The notes under the pieces were generated by a model, which was given only the letters and a program-made list of their open reading frames with translations, had not been told where the DNA came from and did not search any database. Shown piece by piece: positions 39,745 to 52,400 of a stretch of 64,000 nucleotides of DNA (position 1 is its first letter; the number at the start of each line of letters is the position of its first letter). Both the position numbers and the translations under genes were made by a program. Origin of the DNA: Octopus sinensis (Eukaryota); NCBI RefSeq assembly GCF_006345805.1, contig NC_043008.1:77190001-77254000 (forward strand). The letters run 5' to 3'.

Positions 39745-40816
39745 GTTGGCTTAATGACACACTATAATTTAGTCAGTATGAAAAAGAAGGAAGTCACTGT
39801 ATCTGCTCATAACAACAAGAGGATAGAATTCACGAGACGCTTGTAATAAGTCATAACTTTTATTACTAGAGCTAATGCGTTCATATACAAGGTTAATAAA
39901 AGGAAGCTTATAACATTACACGAATATGTTCTGTTTGCAGTCACATGTCTCCAAGTAAGAAAAGCGAACGAGTGCGCGAGTGGGCGTGAAGTACGGTAGC
40001 TTGATCCAGTATGTGTTGAAGAACCAGCAGGTACTGAATGGCGCGAATTTAGAATTTCTTTCCTTATATAAGGGATGGACTGGAAGTCCGCGACTTGCAC
40101 GTAAAACCGGAAGATTCCAGAAGAATCTCTAACATTCTAGAAGCTCGAGGGAGATTACTCTCGTTACATCCCTTTTCCGTTTTGCTAATCGTCGTAACCG
40201 CCAAAGGACACTACACCTTCATCTGCACTTCGTGTCGGGCTGTTGGTTCATCCGGTATTGAGAATAGGAAGATATCTAGTTCCTTTTTTGGAGACACATG
40301 CTTCCACCTTACGCAGATTTCTTAATTTTTGTCGTAGGGCACCGAAGAGCTGTAAGCTTTTGACCCCTAGACTATTGCAGTACCTGATTCTCAATTTAAA
40401 AGGAGTGGATGGTACCTTTGATACGATATAATGGGGGCCAGTTCTGGCATTTGTAAAACATTCAATGCCGAAATTAGGTGCTAGCCCTTCTAGAGTTTTC
40501 CAAATGTAGATTATTACATATCTGTAGCACTTTGGCTCCAGGAAGTAAAGCTGCAGTTTTCTCAGCCTATCCCTGTAGCTCATCCGCTGCACTGTTCCGA
40601 TCTTTTTATTGTAGTGGCGATGGACTGCTTCAAGCTCCGCTGTTAGTTTGGCACTATGTGGTGGTCATAACGGGAAACAGTAATCCAGGCGGCTGATGAC
40701 AAAGGTTCTTCACAGAGTCAACATAGTTTCTTGGTCTCTTGTCTTGAAGGACTTCAGTATCTATCCTGCCAGCTGTCTGCAATTTGCTGCCATCTTGGTA
40801 ATGTGCATATAGAATG
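39745..40816. repeat. Inverted-duplication arm B (partner 42107-43178)
   Basis: Both arms are 1072 bp; the ORF track gives identical proteins on opposite strands (e.g. 40248-40592 and 42331-42675). Confidence 0.95.
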
Positions 40817-41652
40817 GGTTTATGTGCTGGCATCCTACTATCTTCCTACTATCTTCTCTCTCGATTGCCTCCGCTGTATCTCTGTGCTGCTGCTGCTGTT
40901 GTTGTTGTATCTCTCTCTCCTCTCCGAGTTTCCGTGGCGCACATCCGCTGATCGACCGAGCGACGGCAGGTGGTCCGTAACAATATATAAGACAGGATGT
41001 GTATGTGTGTGTGTGTGTACGTGAATGTAGTTTATGCACATCTACAAATTAGCACGCATGTCGCTCAAATTTTAGGAGGACATTCGTCACGATCCTAGCT
41101 GTATTTTCGTCAAATTATTTCCCCCCGAAGCACCCACGAATAGCGGTGAATAATTTTGATCCATTACCTCTAACAATTTTCATAGCGGAGGAATATACCA
41201 TTGTTTACAAACCAAACATGAGTAAGTCCCCTTCTAGTGACGGTGTAAAGAGAGGGAGGGAGAGGGAGAGAGAGTGAGAGAGATAACAGATTATTAAAAT
41301 TTTGTCTTTTTTCCGAGTGATTAACAGGCAAAAACAGTTATGTATGTATGTATGTATGTATGTATGTATGTATGTATGTGTGTATGTTTGTATGTATGTA
41401 TGTATGTGTGAATGCCTTCAGTCACACACACACGCACACACGAGCATGTATGCAATGTGTGTGTGTGTGTGTGTGTGTTTGGGTGTGTTGCCCGTATATA
41501 TATATATATATATATACACACACAATATAAACGATATTCTCTGTTTCTCCACAATTAATTTCCAAATTATCTGAAACCATTGCTCTACTCATAGCGATAT
41601 ATAGCTGGTCGTGCGTGAACTTGGGAGAGAGCAGAGGTTACCAGAGCAAAAG

Positions 41653-41980
41653 ACTTAGGGTTTATAGCAGATGTGTTCTGCCATCATTGCTCTATGGTCG
41701 GGAGACGTGGATATTTATTGTAGGCATTTAAGGCATTTGGAACGATATCATCAGTATCGTTTTAGGAGATAAATTGGAGAACAGCGATCAGTGATGTGGA
41801 GGTACTTAAGAGAAATGGTAGTAAGAGTGGAGAATCGATGATTCTGCCAAGTCGTTTGAGGTGGGGTGAACATCTGGTGATAATGAAGATGCAAGACTTC
41901 TTAAGCAATTTTTGTATGGTAAGTAGGAAGATAGTAGGATGCCAGCACATAAACCCAAAATAAGGTTCAAGGACTACTTC
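41653..41980 (+). mobile_element. RTE-like LINE C-terminal fragment
   Basis: LRVYSRCVLPSLLYGRETW..RHLERYHQ..RLRWGEHLV..EDARLLKQFLYG..HKPKIRFKD, read across frameshifts. Confidence 0.7.
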
Positions 41981-41989
41981 ATATATATA

Positions 41990-43390
41990 TATGTATCTAT
42001 CGACTCACGAATACACTGCAGCGTGCATATGCAGGACACGAAGGCACTACAATCCCAGGGCCACAGGCAGTGAAAGACTTGGTGATCAGTATGTGCAATG
42101 ATACATCATTCTATATGCACATTACCAAGATGGCAGCAAATTGCAGACAGCTGGCAGGATAGATACTGAAGTCCTTCAAGACAAGAGACCAAGAAACTAT
42201 GTTGACTCTGTGAAGAACCTTTGTCATCAGCCGCCTGGATTACTGTTTCCCGTTATGACCACCACATAGTGCCAAACTAACAGCGGAGCTTGAAGCAGTC
42301 CATCGCCACTACAATAAAAAGATCGGAACAGTGCAGCGGATGAGCTACAGGGATAGGCTGAGAAAACTGCAGCTTTACTTCCTGGAGCCAAAGTGCTACA
42401 GATATGTAATAATCTACATTTGGAAAACTCTAGAAGGGCTAGCACCTAATTTCGGCATTGAATGTTTTACAAATGCCAGAACTGGCCCCCATTATATCGT
42501 ATCAAAGGTACCATCCACTCCTTTTAAATTGAGAATCAGGTACTGCAATAGTCTAGGGGTCAAAAGCTTACAGCTCTTCGGTGCCCTACGACAAAAATTA
42601 AGAAATCTGCGTAAGGTGGAAGCATGTGTCTCCAAAAAAGGAACTAGATATCTTCCTATTCTCAATACCGGATGAACCAACAGCCCGACACGAAGTGCAG
42701 ATGAAGGTGTAGTGTCCTTTGGCGGTTACGACGATTAGCAAAACGGAAAAGGGATGTAACGAGAGTAATCTCCCTCGAGCTTCTAGAATGTTAGAGATTC
42801 TTCTGGAATCTTCCGGTTTTACGTGCAAGTCGCGGACTTCCAGTCCATCCCTTATATAAGGAAAGAAATTCTAAATTCGCGCCATTCAGTACCTGCTGGT
42901 TCTTCAACACATACTGGATCAAGCTACCGTACTTCACGCCCACTCGCGCACTCGTTCGCTTTTCTTACTTGGAGACATGTGACTGCAAACAGAACATATT
43001 CGTGTAATGTTATAAGCTTCCTTTTATTAACCTTGTATATGAACGCATTAGCTCTAGTAATAAAAGTTATGACTTATTACAAGCGTCTCGTGAATTCTAT
43101 CCTCTTGTTGTTATGAGCAGATACAGTGACTTCCTTCTTTTTCATACTGACTAAATTATAGTGTGTCATTAAGCCAACGTTACCACCAAAAATGGATAAA
43201 CCCGACATCACTACAAGGGTCACAGAATCAAACTTCCTTATACACCAACTAGACCAACAGCTGGGACAAATGCACATAGAGGAGCAGCGATGTGAAACAT
43301 TCCAGACCGAGGAAATATGAAAGACTCCGGTGGTGTTCCAGCATGACCGTAGCCACATGGCTGAAACGAGTAAAAGAGTAAAAGAGTATA
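41990..43390 (+). mobile_element. CR1/L2-group LINE 3' part, interrupted by a solo LTR
   Basis: SRLDYC..MSYRDRLRKLQLY..YVIIYIWKTLEG; collinear with 54900-55800 on both sides of the LTR; ends in GCTGAAACGAGTAAAAGAGTAAAAGAG. Confidence 0.8.
42708..43215. mobile_element. Solo LTR (508 bp)
   Basis: Termini TGTAGTG...CACTACA form a perfect 7-bp inverted repeat; AGG repeated on both flanks (AAGG if the terminal A is shared); the LINE resumes after it. Confidence 0.65.
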
Positions 43391-43432
43391 TGATATATAT
43401 AATTTTTTTAAAGGTCACAATACATGTATCAA

Positions 43433-43487
43433 AGCGCTACTTATAGTTTCATATGTTGAGAAAACTCAAATATATTCTTCAGTTGCA
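43433..43487 (-). ncRNA. Hammerhead ribozyme-like motif with intact core and poor stem I
   Basis: Minus strand: CTGAAGA ATAT A TTTGAG tttt CTCAA C ATAT GAAA C TATAA G TA. Confidence 0.45.
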
Positions 43488-43769
43488 AACCGCCTGTCAA
43501 AACGAACTAGAAAAATAGAAGAAACGCGAAAAAAACCTGAGAAAGTAGCATATAGAAAACACAGAAAGTAAACAACAAAAAACGTAAAACGGAAAACGAA
43601 AACACAAAAACTAAAATGTAAAACATAAAAAGTAAAAACGTAAAGGAGCTATTCTCTTTAGACCTTATATGATAATGTTGGAAAGATATCAAGTCAGTCA
43701 GGAATAGGCAGAATTTACCAATTCCTCAAAATATATTTATACACATATATTTATACATATTTATAAATA

Positions 43770-43930
43770 GGCATAGGAGTGGCTGTATGGTAAGAAGCTT
43801 GCTTCCCACCTACATGGTTCCAGGTTCAGTCCCACTGCGTAGCACCTTGGCAAGTGTCTTCTACTATAGTATCGGGCTGACCAAAGCCTTTTGAGTGGAT
43901 TTGGTAGACGGAAATTGAAAGAAGCCTGTC

Positions 43931-44026
<96 letters not shown>

Positions 44027-44236
44027 ATGTATGTATGTATGTATGTATGTATTTGTGTGTCTGTGTTTTTCCCTCCACCATCATCGCTTGACATCGCATA
44101 ACTTAGTGGTTCGGCAAAAGAGACCGACATAATAAATACTAGGCTTACAAGGAATAAGTCCTGAGGTCGATTTGTTCGACTAAAAGCGGTGCTCCAGCAT
44201 GGCCGCATTCAAATGGTTGAAACAAATAAAGAGAAT
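43770..44236 (+). mobile_element. Full-length tRNA-derived SINE with a central TA/TG/TATG microsatellite
   Basis: A box TGGCTGTATGG, B box GGTTCAGTCCC; tail GGTGCTCCAGCATGGCCGC..GAAACAAATAAAGAG. Confidence 0.9.
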
Positions 44237-44650
44237 CTGCATGCAACCACTGAAAATTTCTGACCTGGAGTTCAATAGAGAGTTAGGGATCTTAGATCTG
44301 AACAGGATCTGCGCCCTTTCAGCCAAAGAAAGTCCAAATTTATTCGATTCATTCACACAAGATATGGATTTCACAATTACTTTCCATTTAATCACATTCG
44401 GTGTTTCGTTATCTTTCAAAGTCCATACGTAGCTAGCCAACTTAGTAGCTTTACTTTTGTCCCTATGTCGGAAGGAAACTATGTGATTGGCATACTTTTA
44501 AATTCACCTTCACATAATCCAATATAGGTCTTCTTTTCAGTTGCATTATTATGTAGGTTTGCAGTAACTTCTGCCTCATATATAATAGATTTAATCATAC
44601 ATCGTTGATCAAGTGGTCAGCATCCTGGATCACGACATTTGTAACTGGAT
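44237..44650 (-). mobile_element. Penelope-like element C-terminus (GIY-YIG endonuclease), decayed
   Basis: CRDPGC.PLDQRCMIKSIIYEAEV..KTYIGLCEGEFK..NHIVSFRH..TKLASYVWTLKDN..IKW..LLNSRSE. Confidence 0.8.
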
Positions 44651-45015
44651 TGTCATATGTATCACTTTTCCTCAGGGAGGAAAGAAGACATTAGTAGTCA
44701 GCTGGATATAGAGTAACTGTCTATAAATGTTTATGACCATACCTAGCCATGAGCTGTCCACTCTTCCCCTTCATTCTAAACAGACACAGTCCTCTAGTTT
44801 TAAATTTAGTAGTTGATAAAGAGATAAATGAATTAGAAATGAATCACAATCCTTTACTAGCCATGACCCCAATGGGCTTCATGCGATTCTTAGAAGTGTA
44901 GTATATTCTTAGCTACAATAGCGACATCATGAATTTCTTCCATCTTCTTACTTTGTTAAAGTATTTGAGAAAAATTATATTAATATGTCCAACTAGTAAA
45001 CATTCTATTTATTTG

Positions 45016-45100
45016 TGCAGCTGATGATGGCACTACATTTAAATTGATGTAATGATTGCATTGTCCAATTAAATGGAGCCGCTGGAAACGGTCGTTTCAC
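45016..45100 (+). ncRNA. Type-I hammerhead ribozyme-like motif with extended stem II
   Basis: TGCAG CTGATGA TGGC..GCCG CTG GAAA CGGTCG TT; the sister partial copy at 46386-46402 reads GAAA CGGTCG TA CTGCA, which restores stem I and a GUA cleavage triplet. Confidence 0.55.
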
Positions 45101-45559
45101 TACTTGATATCCTGTTACTTTTTTTTGATACATATATCAACAATAATAATAAGAAGGATTATTACGAAGTGGCATAGCTTTACCTTTAATGTTTTTCATA
45201 AATATACAGTTTTGCATAGATCTATTCATGTTTCAATTGCACCGATTCGTAACCGTTTCAATTGCAACTATACTATAATACTGGTGCAGATTCTTCAATA
45301 TCTTTACTTAATATCTTTTTTTTTACTGTTTAAAGTTTTTCGTTTATCTACTCTGCGTTCTATAATGTAGAGTTGTCCGTTAAGTTAGACGCCAATTATC
45401 TTCAATTCAAGTTTTGATCGGATAATCACTTATAGTTCGTTACTTCAAAACATTTTGTTGTTTAAATGTTTATTATCCATTTATACTGGCCAAACGTGAA
45501 TATCGTCAGGTGCAAGCATCTCAAATTTTGCTCCTGACTAGAATTTAGTATATTACACT

Positions 45560-46500
45560 TAAGTGCTAAAAATTCGGTAAAAGTCACATTTTTTAGTTCC
45601 GGGTATGTATGGTTTTGCAATGCAAATTAATTCTCAATTGATAGTATAGTCTTTGTTTCTGTCTTCAATCGAGTGGATTAATCTACTAAGACCTGTTTGG
45701 AATCTTTTATTTTTATCTCTAAATGAACTCAAATAATTTGTCAGGCTCTTCTTCAAAATTAATGGTATCGTACCGATGTAAAGGTATACATTACAATCAT
45801 TACACTCATAACTATACATCTATATATTACATTTTTAGTCTTACACTTATTTCTCACATCACAGGGTTCCCGCTTAGATCAATTGTAAAGATAGTTTTTT
45901 ATATTTCTCTGATTTAGTTTTAATTTGATCATTCAAGGTTAAATCAAATTTATTCCCGCCGAGTTCTTTAATACTATTTACTCTTTCAGATAAAGTTATC
46001 TTTGTTCTATTTCGATCTGAGATTTTACTCGATTAACGCTATTATGATATGTGTGTGTGTGTCTATATATATGTATGTGTGTGTCTATATATATCAATCA
46101 TGTTGTTCTTGTCTCTATACTTAAAAATCTCATTAATTTCCATAGAGCAAAGCTCCTACTCATATCGAATATCTCTATAAGGCTGCACTCTCCGTATTAT
46201 AACGCATTTAAGGCTAAATCTGGTCCCGCTATCTTCAAGTTCCCAAATCTTACTAGATAAAACGTGCTATTAGCTTTATGTCTGAATCTAAATGATGAAA
46301 AATGGTTATTAATTCGTTTGTCCATATTTATCGAACATCTTAAATTGCTGTAATGATTGCATTGTTCAATTAAATGGATCCGCTTGAAACGGTCGTACTG
46401 CATTACTAATTGACATCCTGTTGCTTATTTTGACTTCGAGCTGTGCGGGTAATAACGGAGTGACTTGGTACTTTAACTTAAGTACTAAATTCTACTGAAT
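45560..46500 (-). mobile_element. Two further Penelope-like GIY-YIG fragments with an inverted terminal-repeat piece
   Basis: YSYECNDCN..YIGT..LKKSLTNYLSSFR..TGLS (45634-45819); KRINNHFSSFRFRHKANST (46197-46403); 46340-46420 is homologous to 45035-45115. Confidence 0.65.
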
Positions 46501-46542
46501 CATAATTATTTTATATATATATATATATATATATTCATATAT

Positions 46543-46941
46543 TCTTTTATTCTTTTATCTGTTTCAGTCACTTGACTGCGGCCATGCTGGAGCACCACCT
46601 TTAGTTGAACAAATCGACCCCAGCACTTACTTTTTGTAAGCCTAGTACTTATTCTATCAGCCTGTCTTGCCGAACCGCTAAGTTACGGGGATGTAAGCAC
46701 ACCAACATTGGTTGTCAAGTGAAGGCGGGGGGGGGGGACAAACACACACATACATACATACATACATATACATACATATATATATACGACGGGCTTGTTT
46801 CAGTTTCCATCTACCAAATCCAATCACAAGTCTTTGGTCAGCCCGAAGCTATAGTAGAAGATACTTGCCCAAGGTGCCACGCAGTGGGACTGAACCCGGA
46901 ACCATGTGGTTAGGAAGCAAGCTTCTTACCACACAGCCACT
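46543..46941 (-). mobile_element. Full-length tRNA-derived SINE (same family as 43770-44236)
   Basis: Reverse-complement collinear with 43770-44236. Confidence 0.9.
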
Positions 46942-47439
46942 GAGTGTTGTGTGTGTATGTACACTCATGTACGTGGATCTAGAGAACGGGGGAGAAAGAG
47001 AGAGTTCGAACGAAGGAAGTGGGGTAAGAGAGATGTGTTGATGGTAGCAGCAAAATGCAAAATGTTTTAATTACAAGTGTTTTGAAGCTGATCAAAAATA
47101 AGTTTAATCAGACAATTGGTTGAGTGAATGAGGGGGAGGAGTGATATGTGGGAGGGAGTGGTGCGGAGGTTGTAAGTTTCAAGACTATTTCAATCTTCTT
47201 CTGTCTTCACCAATAATAACATTTTGTCCTTTTCTTTTTTTCGTCTGCTGTAATGATTCTTACGGAGAAATTTATTTCTACGAGTTTAGTGACAGATCTA
47301 TCACCCGTGATAATCTTCACCCTGGCTCCGTATTAGATCTGTCTTCTATATCCACCAATCTAAAACTTTCGACAAGATCGACAATTGCTAACTGGCAGTT
47401 GTCCTAAGTTTAATAGATACGTATGTGTCCAGTCTTCAG

Positions 47440-48250
47440 ATTTTGACCACTGCAATGAACAGCGGTGTCTGTCCGGAAGTCAAACTAAACAGCCATCTGT
47501 ATGAACCTTTTCACATAGTGTTCCTCAGTCCGTCAAGAATTATCTCTCGTTTAGTTTCGAGGCATTTAATCGCTCAAGATTTCCTGCTCGAATTAGGACA
47601 AAAGAGCCACGACTGCAAACGTGGATGACATTATTTCCAAGGTTTTGGACACACAGGAAACGTTGGGTGCACCACATTGGATTAGCTGGTGGAATTGAAA
47701 TTCGCACATGCAGAATCAATTCCGCACCGGTCAGTAGTTTCTGTCAGTGGACCGAGGGGCTGTTGAAAGGAGTCATCATGAGCTTTCCGGTGACTTGCTT
47801 TGCCTGACCTTCTTGGATTTACTTTGCTTGGCCTTCTTGGAACCAGAGTGCTTTTATTGAGCACCTTGTCTCTGTATCATAACAGTAGAACCAGCATTCG
47901 TCACAGGTCACCAAAAACTCAAATATTCTTGGAAGTAATGAACTCAACCATCTCCTTGCTGTCTTTTCTTCTGTTCGTCACTGAGCACCGTGGGTGGGAA
48001 TTTGCACAAATTTTGCCCATGTTCAGATATTCATGATGTGTACAGTTGCCGGGTGGAAATTTGCACAAATTTTGCCCATGTTCAGATATTCATGATGTGT
48101 ACGGTTGCCACACCAACTCCAAACTGTATAGACGAATTTTTTAAACCAGCTCTAATGTTCTGACGCTTCTCTCCTTCCCACGTCTTTCATCAACGCTCAC
48201 CTCTTTTCTACTGTTGAAAATCAGATGCTTGACTCACAAGCTAATCCATA
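47440..48250 (-). mobile_element. Decayed mariner transposase fragment
   Basis: Minus strand VLSDEQK..VTCDECWFYCYDTET..KST GKLM-like motifs containing the first catalytic Asp. Confidence 0.65.
47992..48109. repeat. 59-bp tandem duplication with 2 mismatches inside the mariner remnant
   Basis: 47992-48050 versus 48051-48109. Confidence 0.95.
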
Positions 48251-49679
48251 AGCAACCTGGAGCATTTCATAGGTTTCTGTAGTCCAGTTTAATACAATAT
48301 TTTATAAATCCCCGTCATTTCTTGACCCGAGGCCACCAGATCACGTGATTTCGACCTTCATGGTTTAGTCAATGATGGACGCTCGACCACCAGAGATTGC
48401 AGCGATTCGTCCCCCTCCTCCTTTCTGTGATACATAGAATAACAGTGCCAGAACAGGCGCTGGTGTCGTGATTAGCTAGTGATTCTGTTAAATATTTATT
48501 AGCAACAGAAGCAGTTTTTATACCGAGAAATAATGTTAATCCCCACTTAAATGTGAATGCCCTTTAGAACAAACTGTAGTGCGGTACTTACCATGAGGGA
48601 AACTCTAATATCGGCTTTTGGCGCAAAATGCATTCTTGTTTATTACTAAAATTACATTAATCTAGGACATTTACAACAGCCGCTCCTAAAAATGTCCCAA
48701 GTCCTCTGGAATGCAGGTCGTATTTTGTTCGGCGCATACCTGTGGAATTAATATGACTGAGTTTGATAAAAGTTCACTCAGAGTGCTGAGAAGGGCTGAG
48801 TGTGGAAGTGATGTAGGAAGGCAGGACAGCGCGATGGGAGAAAATCGATTAAATTTAACCAAGTGATACTTAAACTTACAAATAACAGAACGTCAGATAA
48901 TTTTGCCGTGGATCTCTCCAACACTATCAACACCAGCATTACCATCATCGCCACTAATAACATCCCTCTCTCCTCCACAAGTACCACCACTAACATCACC
49001 ATCAACATCAGCATCACCACCACCACCACCACCACTGCTGCGCTCTACTACTACCACCCACTAGTCGACACCACCAATGCAATCACCATCACCACGATCA
49101 TCGAACAGTACCACTACACCACCATCATCATCACCTCCACCCGCCACCACTACATTCACAGTCACCACCGCCTCAAACACCACTACAATAACACTGCACC
49201 ACCTTCACCACCGTTACTCCATACATAACGTATCATCTCCACTGCAACCCCTCTACTTACAACAACAATACATAACAACCACACCACCAACTAAGCAGCA
49301 ATGTTATAACCACGACAACAACATGACAAAAACAATTGCACCACCACCATCAACGCCACCACCACTGCACCAGAGCACAACAACTACCGCTATCATCGTC
49401 GTTGCTACCACCGCCGCCATCAATCTGTCCCTGACCCAGATTATTTATCAACATAAAATGATATCCTGATTTTATTTTTGGTAGCAAGGACACTAAATTA
49501 TCATTGTAAACATAGATCGGCATAAACAGTCTCTCTTTTCTACTTACCTCTCTATTACTTGCTCTTTTCTTCTTTCTATTTCTCTCTATCTGTCAGTCCC
49601 ACTCTCTAACACGCTCCACCTCTCTCTCACTCGCATTATTTGTGTCTGTATATATATATATATGTATATATGTTTAGGA

Positions 49680-49711
<32 letters not shown>

Positions 49712-49789
49712 TTACAGGAATTTGTATATATGTATGTGTTCAGGAATTTCTATCTATCTATCTATGTATCTATCTCCTCTCTCTCTATG

Positions 49790-49825
<36 letters not shown>

Positions 49826-49984
49826 ATGTATCTATCTCTCTCTCTCTCTATATATATATATATGTATATATATATACATACATACATACATACATACATA
49901 CATACATACATACATACACACACACACATACATACGTACATACATATATACATATATATATGTGTGAGTGTGTGTGTATACAAA

Positions 49985-50178
49985 CATACAGATTACAAGT
50001 TCAGGTTTATACCTGTAATTATTGGGGCCCCTGGGATATGTAACGCATTGCCTAAATACCAATCTTGAGAAATTAGGCTTCTCAAAACCAGAAAGGAGAA
50101 AGCTAATTCGAAGACTACAGATCCAATCCATTACTTGAACTGTAAAAATCTGTAAAACTTTCCAGAAGTTTATCATTT
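49985..50178 (+). mobile_element. 3'-end fragment of an RLE-type (R4/Dong-related) LINE
   Basis: YKFRFIPVIIGA.G.. then LEKLGFSKPERRKLIRRLQIQSIT.TVKICKTFQKFII across a frameshift. Confidence 0.6.
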
Positions 50179-50547
50179 AAATATATACGGGCGTGTCTAG
50201 ATATGTAACTATATGCATGAGAATACATACATAAAACATATAAATCTGCACATACATACATACATACATACATACATACATACATACATACATACTACAT
50301 ACATACATACATACACACACATACATACATGCATGCATACATACATGCATACATACATACATACATACATACATACATACATACATACATACATACATAC
50401 ATACATACATACATACATACTATGAAATATCCTGTTGTTGATGCTGAAATTTCAATGAAGGAACCTTGGATCAAAGTTAGAAACCGGTTCTTTCTCTATT
50501 GGCAAGGAATCTTGAAATAAACTGACATACATACATATAGAATATAT

Positions 50548-51221
50548 GCTCGCCACATTTGTGCCGTGTAAGGAGGTGGTGCCATAGCTGAAAGAACCGT
50601 TCGTGATTGGTATACCAAGTTCAAAAATTGAAATTTTGACCTCAAAGACGCACCTCGTTCTGGCCGTCCAGTTGAGTTCGATGAAAAGCGATTAAACCAA
50701 CTTTTGCGCGAAAATTCTCGTCAATCGACAAGGGAACTGGCAGAGAAAATGGAATGCTCCTACACTGCTATAGAGAAGCAGCTTCACTCGATGGGAAAGG
50801 TTCAGAAGTATGGAGCATGGGTTCTGCATGCTTTAAGTGACAACAACAAAAATCAACGAGCCACAATCTCTGTTGGTTTGCTTGCTCGTCACCGCTCAAA
50901 TCATGGACACAAGCAACGTTTACTTTACCGAATCGTTACTGGCGACGAAAAATGGTGCCTGTACATCAATATGAAGCAGCATAAGGAATGGCTTAGCCCC
51001 GGTAAACAAGCGACACCGCGCGTGAAACAAGATCTTCATCCGCGTAAAACGATGTTGTGCGTATGGCATGACTGGGAAGGGATTATCCATTACGAATTGC
51101 TTGAACGGAGCCAATCGATCAACGCGGAACTTTATGTTCAACAGATGGAACGACTCACACGGCTATTCAAGAGAAAAGACTTAATCGTCCGTCAGCATGG
51201 AGTTCTTCTGCTGCATAACAA
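50548..51221 (+). mobile_element. Mariner transposase fragment (HTH plus N-terminal catalytic half)
   Basis: ERTVRDWYTKFK..APRSGRP, WVLHAL (WVPHEL motif), IVTGDEKW, HPRKTMLCVW, LLLHNN; ORF 50704-51234. Confidence 0.92.
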
Positions 51222-52400
51222 CACTGTATCATAAGTGTTTCAAAATTATTTTTCTTGTGGTTTTTTTTTGAGGGGGGGCAAAGGGTTTTAACATGGGGGG
51301 GGGGAGGTTCCTGTGTGTCTGTAGTGGGTTTGCTTATTTTCTTTGTCTGGGGAGGGGAGTCTGGAGCTTGGACCTTTTTTCTCTTGTGTGATACGACCGT
51401 GGTAAAATCCATCTCCTCTTCCGTCACAAGAGTTCTGTCTTCTGATTTTTTCTCTTCGGCTTTTTTATTTTATTTTTCTTTATTTTCTTCTACTTTTTCT
51501 GTTCCTTTTTCTTTCTCTTCCTTTTCTTGGTGTTCGTTAGTGTTTTCTTTAGTATTTTATTTTTGAGGAAGGGCTTCACCCTTTTTTTTTGTTTCTTTTT
51601 ATCGCATTCTGAGCGGACGTGGCCCTTTTCGTCACACTTGAAGCATCGAGGCCTACGTCCCTCGACTGCGACTCTGACGCTCAGCTCCTCCCCTATAAAA
51701 ACTCTATCGGGCAATCTTTCCAGTACTTAGTTTGAAGCCTGTACCAGCATCTCCAGGGTCTGTCCTCTCCAATTCATGGCCTCCCTTTTCTTCATTTGCA
51801 GTATCCCCATCTCTTCCTCCAAATCGTAAATTACGGCTGCCGCTAACCACATCACGTCGTACCGTGCTGGTATTTCTTCCACAGTTATCTTTGTGGTTCT
51901 CCCTAGATACGTGGGTAGCAGGTCAATTTCTTCATTTTTCAACTTTCTCGTTGACACCTCTTTTGCTATGTTAGCGTTTTCGAACTGTGCCTCCACTGTG
52001 ACGCTCCTTATACCACGTTCTACATAGGTAATTTGATTCCAAACTGGTGCCCCTAACCTTTCCACTATCTCGTTCTTTACCGACATGATTCTCTTCTCCT
52101 TTATATTATATATTTTGTAAACCACTTTTCGCACCATCAAATTTTGTACTGTCTCCTGCGGCGGCAGTAATTTGGTATCATTACCATTTTTCTTAATTAA
52201 GTTACGGTACTTAAACAATTGTTCTATAGTCACGTTCATTTCTATCATGTTGCCGCCCACAGCGGCCGAAAAACTGGGCGTTTCCTTAATTCCTTGTTGT
52301 ACGTTCTCAATATTCGATGACTTTTCCATCTCATGGAAATCCTTACTTGACAATAAGTTAAATTCCATTTGCAAAAATGGCTTCCTTCAACAGGAATAGA
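51222..52400 (-). mobile_element. L1/Tx1-like ORF1 (gag-like CCHC) region, frameshifted, ORF2 absent
   Basis: ORFs 51727-52374, 51490-51714 (RPRCFKCDEKGHVRSEC, a perfect CX2CX4HX4C) and 51167-51427; homologous to 21500-22400. Confidence 0.7.

Noticed and set aside
39350-40215. One 866-bp solo LTR (TGT...ACA)
   Set aside because: Flanks do not match (TATAT versus CCTTC), and the right part is the copied arm of the 42708-43215 LTR joined at 39745
42708-43215. CACTA/EnSpm transposon
   Set aside because: CACTA occurs at the 3' end and TAGTG at the 5' end, the reverse of CACTA termini
48585-48595. U1 snRNA-like start, or a minus-strand splice donor ATG|GTAAGT
   Set aside because: Similarity to U1 stops after about 9 nt, and I could not link an exon to the donor
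50704-51234. SETMAR or another domesticated transposase gene
   Set aside because: No SET domain, upstream stops, and truncation before the second and third catalytic residues; an ordinary mariner remnant
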